This document shows positions 18,043 to 26,314 of a stretch of 64,000 nt of DNA, in pieces. Each line of letters opens with the position of its first letter. Positions within the stretch are counted from its first letter, which is position 1. The position numbers and the translations under genes were made by a program. A model generated the notes under the pieces. That model ran no database searches. It saw nothing but the letters and a program-made list of their open reading frames with translations, and had not been told where the DNA came from. Source of the DNA: an uncultured Clostridia bacterium (lineage in GTDB: Bacteria > Bacillota > Clostridia > Christensenellales > UBA1242); contig CALWKA010000002.1 of assembly GCA_944381155.1 (NCBI GenBank), forward strand, positions 40,939-104,938. Direction: 5' to 3'.

Positions 18043-18093
18043 TCAAATGCTTGATGATACAATAATTTTGCCTATAATTATATTGTTTTTCAT
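18043..18093 (-). CDS. Candidate ileS leader peptide MKNNIIIGKIIVSSSI (6 Ile in 16 codons, tandem TGA TGA stops)
   Basis: Read on the minus strand: atg aaa aac aat ata att ata ggc aaa att att gta tca tca agc att tga tga. The ATG lies 7 nt after a -10 box. Confidence 0.5.
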   Translation of the reverse strand: MKNNIIIGKIIVSSSI

Positions 18094-18099
18094 AGTGTT

Positions 18100-18129
18100 A
18101 TATTAACATATTAGACAATCATTTGTCAA
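18100..18129 (-). promoter_or_regulatory. Promoter of the ileS leader transcript
   Basis: Minus strand: TTGACA (18129-18124), 18-nt spacer, TGtTAATAT extended -10 (hexamer 18105-18100). Confidence 0.55.
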
Positions 18130-18207
18130 ATATCTGCAATAAAAAATAAATTATTGATATTTGAATTAATAAATAAAACAAAAATAATTTAAAATAATTG
18201 CTTTAAT

Positions 18208-18237
18208 GAAAAAATGAAGCGAAATAAATTCACTTCA
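18208..18237 (-). terminator. Terminator of the upstream flavin oxidoreductase gene
   Basis: Minus strand: UGAAGUG-loop-CGCUUCA followed by U6. Confidence 0.65.
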
Positions 18238-18386
18238 AATTTTCTATTATTTCAATTATGAAATGTTTATTTTCAATCTGAATTGTTTTATTAAAATTAA
18301 CAATTTGAAACTTGATATTGAAATCAAATAAATGTTAGCAGATTCAAAATGGTATGCAAATTAAAACTTAATATCAAATTGATGAT

Positions 18387-20441
18387 CTAAATTTTTTCTG
18401 CCACTTCCCAGGCGCGCCATACTACAGTGCGTAGATTGCCAACTTTCAGCGCATCTCCTACAATGTGGATGTGTTTTCCTGCTTTGGCAATTGGGTTCGG
18501 ATTGTATCCGACGCAAGAAATTACATTATCTATTTGTTCCGTGTGCTCCACACCGTCTTTATCTACAATAACAATAGAATTTTGCGTAATCTCCTTCACT
18601 GAACTTTGCAAATATACAGGAACCTTGTTGTGTTTGAAATAATCACGCAAATATGATGAGTTTGCTAAACACAACCCGCGAACCGCCATCAAATCTTGTT
18701 TTGCTTCAATAATGATAGGTTTTTTCTTGTTAAGACTCAATTCATAGGCAATTTCGCATCCGGTGAGCCCGCCACCAATAATGGCAACATTCTCTCCTAC
18801 CAATTTTGTTTTGTTCAAGAAATCAATTGCTTCAATAGCGTTCTCAATTCCCTTAATATTTAGTTTTTTAGCAACCGCTCCCGTGGCTATCACAATTTCG
18901 TCCGCATCTAATTTTGAAATATCGGTTATTTCTGTATTATATTTTACTTCAATATTCAGTTTGTCAATTTGACGGCGGTACCAATCTAACAACTTTCTAT
19001 CCTGACTTTTAAACGACATAGCGCCCGCTGGAATAAACACTCCACCAAGCCTATCCGTCTTTTCATAAATTGTCACATTATGACCGCGGAGAGTAGCAAT
19101 CCTTGCCACTTCCATACCGCCAACTCCGCCACCAATTACGGCAACTTTCTTTTTCTTTTGTGCTGGTTTTATATCATATTTTCCGCCGTCCATCGTGGTA
19201 GGATTTAACGCACATCTAGACATATGTTTTGAATCTTCCATAGCCTGATCATTGGCAACGCCTTTGTAGTGCGCCATAGTTAGACACGCATTATGGCAAT
19301 AAATACAAGGTTGAATATCTTCAATCCTATCTTCCATCAATTTTGTCACCCAATGCGAATCGGTCAAAAATTGTCTTGCGACGCCCATAGCGTCAATTTT
19401 GCCATCTTTGATAGCTTTTGACGCCACTTCTGGTTCCATTTTCCCCGCACACACGACAGGAATGTCAACAAAGTTTTTAATATGTGCCACATCATCCAAA
19501 TTACAATTTTTAGGCATATAAAGTGGTGGATGCGCCCAATACCAAGCGTCATAAGTGCCGTTATCTGCATCTAACATATCATAGCCTGCATCTTGCAGAT
19601 ATTTTGCTGCAATTTCGCTCTCTTTCATATTTCTACCGATTTCTGTAAACTTTTCACCAGGAAGTGCCCCTTCACAAAAATCGCGTGTTTTGCTCACCAC
19701 TGAATAACGCAAAGTGACAGGATAATCATTGCCACATTCTGCCTTGATAGCTTTCACGATTTCCACTGGGAAACGATATCTATTTTCAAACGAACCACCA
19801 TATTCATCCGTCCTGTGATTTGTATATTCCAATGTAAATTGATCCAATAGATAACCTTCGTGCACAGCGTGTATCTCCACACCGTCCACTCCCGCTTCTT
19901 TCAACAACTTTGAAGTGAGCGCAAACGCCTTAATCATATCCTTAATTTCTTTAATGGTAATTTCTCTACATTGATAATCTTGAAGCCAACGAGATGGGAG
20001 CACGCTAGGAGAAGCGCACAAATATGGCAGATTGATAATTGGTTTCAATAATGTGGACAAAAATTTATTTTTTGCAACAGGAGCAAGCGAATTTGGAATA
20101 GAGAATGATCTACCAAATCCCGCAGTCAACTGAACAATCATTTTTGCTCCAGTTTTGTGAAATTCTTCCATATAACTTTTTAATTGCTTGAACATACTTT
20201 TCTTTTTGTATAGCCATTGTCCACCAATTAAATTTTTAAGCGGTGCGATTCCTGGGATAATCAATCCCACATTGTTTTTTGCTAGATCCATAAAGAAATC
20301 ACACGCATCCTTATCCAAATGATGTGGTTCCATCCAACCAAAAAGTGAAGTGCCACCCATTGGACAGAGAACTATTCTATTTTTAATTTCAAGATTGCCA
20401 ATTTTCCACGGCGTAAAAAGTGCTTCATATTTTTTATTCAT
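18387..20441 (-). CDS. Old-yellow-enzyme-family NADH:flavin oxidoreductase fused to an FAD/NAD(P)-binding domain (2,4-dienoyl-CoA reductase / enoate reductase-like)
   Basis: OYE N-terminus LFTPWKIGNLEIKNRIVLCPMG, Cys cluster CIYCHNAC, two GxGxxG folds (VIGGGVGG, IIGGGLTG). AAAGGAGAG Shine-Dalgarno before ATG 20441. Confidence 0.85.
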   Translation of the reverse strand: MNKKYEALFTPWKIGNLEIKNRIVLCPMGGTSLFGWMEPHHLDKDACDFFMDLAKNNVGLIIPGIAPLKNLIGGQWLYKKKSMFKQLKSYMEEFHKTGAKMIVQLTAGFGRSFSIPNSLAPVAKNKFLSTLLKPIINLPYLCASPSVLPSRWLQDYQCREITIKEIKDMIKAFALTSKLLKEAGVDGVEIHAVHEGYLLDQFTLEYTNHRTDEYGGSFENRYRFPVEIVKAIKAECGNDYPVTLRYSVVSKTRDFCEGALPGEKFTEIGRNMKESEIAAKYLQDAGYDMLDADNGTYDAWYWAHPPLYMPKNCNLDDVAHIKNFVDIPVVCAGKMEPEVASKAIKDGKIDAMGVARQFLTDSHWVTKLMEDRIEDIQPCIYCHNACLTMAHYKGVANDQAMEDSKHMSRCALNPTTMDGGKYDIKPAQKKKKVAVIGGGVGGMEVARIATLRGHNVTIYEKTDRLGGVFIPAGAMSFKSQDRKLLDWYRRQIDKLNIEVKYNTEITDISKLDADEIVIATGAVAKKLNIKGIENAIEAIDFLNKTKLVGENVAIIGGGLTGCEIAYELSLNKKKPIIIEAKQDLMAVRGLCLANSSYLRDYFKHNKVPVYLQSSVKEITQNSIVIVDKDGVEHTEQIDNVISCVGYNPNPIAKAGKHIHIVGDALKVGNLRTVVWRAWEVAEKI

Positions 20442-20895
20442 ATTCTCTCCTTTGTTTATTAAAATGATAAAATATTTATAATATTTTGTCAAATTAAATA
20501 AGGTGAGATTGTTTCAAACTAGAAAAAAAATTTGAAAAAATTTAATAAAATATTAAAATTCATTTTATAATTTATTTAATATAATATCTAAATTATTCAG
20601 TACAAAACTAGCAAAATATATATCAAATTTTAAAATAAATTAAAAATTATTAAATATCAAAATGTTTTATATTTTAAAAAAATTTTAAAAATATATTAAA
20701 TTTTTATTAATTTTATTGATTTTTTTATTATTTTTACCTATTTTTGTATTATTTTTTTAATTTTTTATTGTTTTTACTTAAATTGTTAAAATTCCTATTT
20801 TAATGTTATATTTTAATTTTTATTTTTTAATAAAAATAATTTTATTTTATATTTTTTTAATTAATTATTTTAAATAATATTTTATTTTTTCATAT

Positions 20896-20924
20896 AAAAA
20901 AAATCGTGTTTCTACGCACGATTT
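20896..20924 (-). terminator. Terminator of ldh
   Basis: AAATCGTG / CACGATTT stem. A T-run follows on the minus strand. Confidence 0.7.
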
Positions 20925-20987
20925 ACTTGAACATTTTTTCTTTTTTATCTATTCATAAATTGAACTACACAATTTCAAAATGAATGT

Positions 20988-21896
20988 TTAAAACTTAATT
21001 TGATTGTTGATAGATCTGATCGTGTTGAGTGACTGATTAAACTCGTCTGCCTCTTCTTTCGTCAAATTCAACTCGGTATATCCACGCACTCCATTACGAT
21101 TGACAATGACTGGATAGCCTACGCAACATTTGAATTTATCAATGTATGTTGACAAAGTGAAAATAGTGTTTGCGTCGTCGAAAATTGCTTCCGTAATATT
21201 TTTCAAGCAAATTCCAATGCCATACGCCGTGTTTCCCTTTTTCTTGATAATCTCGTATGCACTATTTCTCACATCTTTTAGCATTTTATTCTTCGTAGAT
21301 TTGTTTAGATATTTATCCACACTATTCAATCCAATACGCGCCACGCTCCACGGAATCATTTCGCTATCTCCGTGTTCTCCTATGACATAAGCGTGAATAT
21401 TTTTTGGATTCATTTCCAATTGCTCACTAATCAAATATCGAAGCCTTGCAGTGTCCAAAGTGGTACCACTGCCAATCACTTTGTAATTCGGAAAATTGCT
21501 CAATTTGATTGTCAATTGAGTCATAATATCCACCGGATTGGTCGCTATCAAATAAATTCCTGAAAAATTCGTTTTGTTCACTTCATCTATTATAGATTTG
21601 AACACTGCCATATTTTTGCCAATTAAATCAAGCCTAGTTTCTCCAATTTCTTGATTGCGTCCAGCTGTGATGCAAATGATATCCGCATCGTTGCAATCTG
21701 AATAATTTCCCGCCTTGATATTAATTTTCCGCTTTGAACAACAGGATGCGTGCATCAAGTCCATAGCTTCTCCCTGCGCTTTTGCCTCATTCACATCTAT
21801 AAAAACAAGTTCATCCACTTTGGTGTCCGAATTAATCAATGAGTATGCATAACTCATACCCACATTCCCGCAACCTATCAAAACTACTTTATTCAC
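20988..21896 (-). CDS. ldh: L-lactate dehydrogenase
   Basis: GCGNVGMSYAY NAD fold, ITAGRNQ, IGEHGDSE catalytic His loop. GTG start overlaps the upstream stop (GTGA). Confidence 0.9.
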   Translation of the reverse strand: MNKVVLIGCGNVGMSYAYSLINSDTKVDELVFIDVNEAKAQGEAMDLMHASCCSKRKINIKAGNYSDCNDADIICITAGRNQEIGETRLDLIGKNMAVFKSIIDEVNKTNFSGIYLIATNPVDIMTQLTIKLSNFPNYKVIGSGTTLDTARLRYLISEQLEMNPKNIHAYVIGEHGDSEMIPWSVARIGLNSVDKYLNKSTKNKMLKDVRNSAYEIIKKKGNTAYGIGICLKNITEAIFDDANTIFTLSTYIDKFKCCVGYPVIVNRNGVRGYTELNLTKEEADEFNQSLNTIRSINNQIKF

Positions 21897-22336
21897 AAAT
21901 TCTCCTCAACTTTTTTATTAGTATTTTCATTTTTAATTTTTTTAATAACTTTTAAATTTAAAATCATCGCCACAACAAGCAAAATCGTCGGTATCAATAG
22001 AATTAAGATAAATACAATTGCGGACAATTGAAAATCTACCACTGCCCAAAAAGAGATAGGCAAAATTAAACTTAAAATTGTAGTTGCAACTAATATGCCA
22101 AAACCTGTTCGCTTGAATTTGAACGCAATTGATGCTCCGACGACTGCAACCACCGCCACGATTACACTTAATAAAAGTGCAATTGAAAACCAACCCGGCA
22201 CACTCTTGCCCACCAACGCCATAGCGGACAATATTAATGAGAATGCGACCAAACTAATTAGTGACAATAAAACTGTCATAACGCAACTTAATATACTTAA
22301 TATTAAACTTATAATTAATAATTTTCTTATTGACAT
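21893..22336 (-). CDS. Small polytopic membrane protein, translationally coupled to ldh
   Basis: 147 aa with four hydrophobic segments. Its stop overlaps the ldh GTG start. Confidence 0.5.
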   Translation of the reverse strand: MSIRKLLIISLILSILSCVMTVLLSLISLVAFSLILSAMALVGKSVPGWFSIALLLSVIVAVVAVVGASIAFKFKRTGFGILVATTILSLILPISFWAVVDFQLSAIVFILILLIPTILLVVAMILNLKVIKKIKNENTNKKVEENL

Positions 22337-22677
22337 AGTTAGATTATATCACAAAATTTATTTATAACAAATTATTTTTGCTATTAAAAAATGATTTATT
22401 GAAAAAATTTTATTTTTATTATATTTTTGTTAGTTTTTCGTCATTTTTATTATGATTTTTTTGTTTTTTTATTAAAAATTCATTTTTTTATTATGATTAT
22501 TTTAGATGTATACCTTTTTAATATTCGTTTTGCTGTAATTTTTATTAATTTTAAAATCTATATAGAAATCATTTATTATATATTGAAATTTATTATATTG
22601 AATAGGAATTTTCTTTTAATTTATTTTTTAATTTTGTGTTTATAATTAATTGAATCAAAAAATTATTTTTATATCAA

Positions 22678-23214
22678 TTATGATATTTGATCACTCAAAT
22701 ATTTGCTGAAAGCTTTGCATATTTTCACACTGCTATCGTCAAAACATTTATTTTCAAGCGCAAGAATTATAATCGCACCAATCGCATCTCCGTCTTTTAC
22801 AATAGGGACGATCAGTTGACACGAAAATTCGTTTTCCGTATTCACAAAAAAATTAAGCATCTCGCTTCCGTCATCTTTTTTCTTGATAACAATTTCTTTT
22901 TTGTATATCAACTCTTGCACTTGATCATTTAATTCTTTGTTTAGATATTTTTTCTTGTTAGACGAAAGCACTTTTTCCATATCAGAAATAAGCACATCGT
23001 GTTCGATGCTCACAGAGATAGCATTCGCCACAGCATCGCTATACTCTTTCAGTGAAATCATATCGCTATATTTGGTAAGCAAAAATTTGTTGCCATCCAC
23101 AATACCAATCTCAAGTTTGCTACCTTCACGAACATTCAACATCTTTCTCATTTCGCGCGGAAGGACGATTCTACCCAACTCATCCACCCGCCTAACAATT
23201 CCTTTACTTTCCAT
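22678..23214 (-). CDS. spoVT: Stage V sporulation protein T-like regulator (AbrB/SpoVT N-domain plus GAF-like C-domain)
   Basis: GIVRRVDELGRIVLPREMRKMLNVREGSKLEI swapped-hairpin domain. 178 aa, the same architecture and length as SpoVT. Confidence 0.8.
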   Translation of the reverse strand: MESKGIVRRVDELGRIVLPREMRKMLNVREGSKLEIGIVDGNKFLLTKYSDMISLKEYSDAVANAISVSIEHDVLISDMEKVLSSNKKKYLNKELNDQVQELIYKKEIVIKKKDDGSEMLNFFVNTENEFSCQLIVPIVKDGDAIGAIIILALENKCFDDSSVKICKAFSKYLSDQIS

Positions 23215-23313
23215 ATTTACCTCTATTTTTAGTATGTAAAAATATTGAAATATTATGCAATTGATATGTGGACAAAAAATATCTAATCTAACATTTTCAA
23301 TTAAAATCTAAAA

Positions 23314-23380
23314 CAAAAAAGAACTCTACAAATGAAGTGCGCCCCAAAGTTTGTTTATAAAAATTGTAAAGTCCTTTTAT
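23314..23380 (-). terminator. Terminator of the virB4-like operon; same arms as the 10.4-kb terminator but with a 36-nt loop
   Basis: Minus strand: GGACUUUAC-(36 nt)-GUAGAGUUC followed by U6. Confidence 0.55.
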
Positions 23381-23507
23381 CATTGCTAATATAAAATTAG
23401 ATTGATACAAATAAAATTTTAAACTATTCACGCTATATATAGATTTAAAATTATATATTATTTATTATCATTTTTATGATATATCTACAACCAACGAACC
23501 ATATAAA

Positions 23508-26255
23508 CTATCTCGTTCCAGCTTCGCCCATAATGACACGGACATTATCATACGCAAATATGTCAATGAACGAACGATCCATAGGGCCAGTAATGAAGAA
23601 AGCTCTACCACGAGGTGCGGTAACAATACCTTCTTGCTCTCTAGCGTTGATACCGCCAGCCGATTTATAAAGTTCAAGCAAGTCCGCCATATCATTAGGT
23701 GCCAATTGCAATATCATACTATACTGACACGCGTTGATGATTGCCGCTGATCTACGCTGAATTTCAGGAGTACCCAAGAAGTCTTTGATGTTCTGCGTAA
23801 TAACAATCTGCATACCCTGATATTTACGAATACGCTTTGCCATTTCCGCCATAAAGTTTAGCGCCACTGGGCTATCCGGATCGATAAACATATGTGCTTC
23901 GTCCACCGCTATCACGACCTGCCTTGCAATTTTCTTGCCCGTTTTTTGCTCGTATTGCTCGTTGAATCGCTTGTTGTTAATGATTTCGTTGTTTAGATAC
24001 TTAAACACGAGCAACATTTGCGCATTTGCAAGCCTATTATTTTTACTAGCAAACAATGTCTGGAAGTTGAATGTAATCAAATTTTCATCCGTGAGAATTG
24101 AAGTAGGTCCGTTCCACAAGTCAGAGTTTCGTCCGCCTGTAGCAAACTTTTGAATATAAGTTTCAAGGATCAAAAGATTGTTTCTATAAAACGCATCTTT
24201 CACCGTCTTCAATTTATCTTTTATCAATTTGAACAAATCGTCAAATATAGGATAATCTTCCGCTTTCAATTTACCAATATTTGTCTTTTCATTGATGCCC
24301 TTTTTGTTGTACAATTCAACCACCAAAGTGTTCAAAGTTTCAAACGCGTCCGAACTGATACCTTCCAAAATCGCACGGAAGAATTGTTCCAAGAATTGAA
24401 GGTGAGTAAAGAAAGTTTTATTGCTACCTTTGTTCACCAATTCATCAATACTCTTGTTGTCCACATCGCCATCATCATTTGCCGCGTCCAAGTCTTCAAG
24501 CGAAGCCATTATATGAAATGGATTAAGAATACCCGATTTATTAGTACCGACATCGATCACTTTTCCGCCCAAATTTTTCGTCATTTTATCATATTCTTGC
24601 TCTGGGTCAAGGATAAACATCTTCGTTCTATCTGCGGCAAGGTTGGTAAGAATCGTTTTCGTGGCATACGATTTTCCTGATCCCGACTTTCCTATTACCA
24701 TCATATTACTATTAATTCTACCCTTCTTCGAATCACGGGTAAAGAAGTCTATAAACACTGGGTATCCGCTAGCAGATGATTGTCCGATACAAAATCCTGC
24801 TGGATCTTGCATAATGGAGTCAACCATTGGGAATGAAGATGCAATCGTGGTAGATGGCATACTGCGATAGAAATGCTTCAAAGTGTCAATTCTGTTCACG
24901 CTAGAAGACACGAATGCGTCCACCTGCCTGCCAAACAAATCTGAATATTTGAAACCATACTGCTTCAACACATTTCGCACTTCTTTTCTGTTTTGTTCCT
25001 CGACGCGCAAATGAATTGAAATATCATACAATTGTTCGTTGTTCGTCTTAAGATCGCGTAGCAATGTTTGAAGAGAGTCAATATCTGCTTCTTTTTCGAT
25101 GATCTCACTCGAACGATAAGTTCGATCAAGTTTTGCTTCTTTTTCCATCACGGCACGGTCAATTGCTTTTTCACCTTTTTCTTTATCCACAGGCATAATG
25201 TTCATAATGACCCTTGTGCCCAACTGATTGAATATAGGATACGCCCAACCGTTGCCCACTTCAAGCGGATAATCTGTGATGACCATTTGCTTGTACATTT
25301 TTTTGTCCATCTCAACGCGTGCCACTTTGAAGTTGACTCTATTAGGCATAACCCAATTGTTCACTTGAGATGGTGCCAATCCTTCAATTTCTGATTCAGC
25401 ATAAGTGGACTGATAATTCGATTTCAAGAAGCTGATCAAGTCGTCTTCTGTTAAAATCTTTGCACTGATTGTATATTGTCCTGTGCCTAAATCATTGACT
25501 ATACCGATTGCGGTGTCTTCAAGGTTGACCTTATCCTGCCCGTAAAGTACCAAATAAAAATGATTTTGCAAAATAGGTTCTGCCCTGATAGCATTATTCA
25601 ATCTCTCCACGCGCTCTCTGAATATCAGCGAACGACTATCCATTTCTCCCGCCGTGTACTGCCCCTGCTCATACAATTCATTCAAAAGGCTGTATTTAAC
25701 ATCGTCGTTTTTCAAAAATATATCAAATCGCATCGGTTTAACCGTCTTGATAAGACTCGCACGCTGATATTGTGAAATTCGTTTAAGCGCTTTACTGAAT
25801 GTGTAGATTATTGAATCTTGCGCGTCCTCTTGCATCAAGTCGAGCGCCACAGGATCCATTTCTATCACCATACCCGCATAATCACCAAAATTAATATACT
25901 TACCTATCTCTATGTTGAAGAAAGGGGTGAGTTTGTCCATAGGAGTACACCCGCGCTTTTTGCCAAGTTTGTTATTTATATATTTTTTTGGAAAGGCTGC
26001 AAAACGAATGATAAGTATGATTGAACTATACAGCCTTAACCCATCGTCAATTGGTAGATACATAACCACCGTGATAGCGATCCAAGCGATCAGTGCATAC
26101 CAACGATAGTCCACCCCGCCAATTCTAAATAAGTTGCTTGCAATGATGACGATTGCAAAAGCAATACAAACAATAGCGAGAATAATATCTCCAAATGTAA
26201 TATTTTTCAAAAATTCAGTTTTTACCCTAGTCTTGCCAGGAATATATCTAATCAT
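23508..26255 (-). CDS. VirB4/TrsE-family T4SS ATPase with an N-terminal VirB3/PrgI-like two-TM extension
   Basis: Walker A GKSGSGKSY, Walker B VVIAVDEAHMF, GILNPFHI. The N-terminal ~100 aa has two hydrophobic helices after KTRVKTEFLKNITFGD. Confidence 0.85.
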   Translation of the reverse strand: MIRYIPGKTRVKTEFLKNITFGDIILAIVCIAFAIVIIASNLFRIGGVDYRWYALIAWIAITVVMYLPIDDGLRLYSSIILIIRFAAFPKKYINNKLGKKRGCTPMDKLTPFFNIEIGKYINFGDYAGMVIEMDPVALDLMQEDAQDSIIYTFSKALKRISQYQRASLIKTVKPMRFDIFLKNDDVKYSLLNELYEQGQYTAGEMDSRSLIFRERVERLNNAIRAEPILQNHFYLVLYGQDKVNLEDTAIGIVNDLGTGQYTISAKILTEDDLISFLKSNYQSTYAESEIEGLAPSQVNNWVMPNRVNFKVARVEMDKKMYKQMVITDYPLEVGNGWAYPIFNQLGTRVIMNIMPVDKEKGEKAIDRAVMEKEAKLDRTYRSSEIIEKEADIDSLQTLLRDLKTNNEQLYDISIHLRVEEQNRKEVRNVLKQYGFKYSDLFGRQVDAFVSSSVNRIDTLKHFYRSMPSTTIASSFPMVDSIMQDPAGFCIGQSSASGYPVFIDFFTRDSKKGRINSNMMVIGKSGSGKSYATKTILTNLAADRTKMFILDPEQEYDKMTKNLGGKVIDVGTNKSGILNPFHIMASLEDLDAANDDGDVDNKSIDELVNKGSNKTFFTHLQFLEQFFRAILEGISSDAFETLNTLVVELYNKKGINEKTNIGKLKAEDYPIFDDLFKLIKDKLKTVKDAFYRNNLLILETYIQKFATGGRNSDLWNGPTSILTDENLITFNFQTLFASKNNRLANAQMLLVFKYLNNEIINNKRFNEQYEQKTGKKIARQVVIAVDEAHMFIDPDSPVALNFMAEMAKRIRKYQGMQIVITQNIKDFLGTPEIQRRSAAIINACQYSMILQLAPNDMADLLELYKSAGGINAREQEGIVTAPRGRAFFITGPMDRSFIDIFAYDNVRVIMGEAGTR

Positions 26256-26314
26256 CTTACCCCTTCTTGTTTATCTAAAATTAAAAGGTAGACAGGTCAA
26301 TATGAATTATAATA

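Noticed and set aside
17934-18390. Expected T-box riboswitch upstream of ileS
   Set aside because: I looked on the minus strand for the conserved T-box sequence (…GGTGGTACCGCG-like) and a specifier-loop architecture and found neither. The promoter-to-terminator distance is only about 110 nt, too short for a T-box. It is reinterpreted as a leader-peptide attenuator, which needs cmsearch confirmation.
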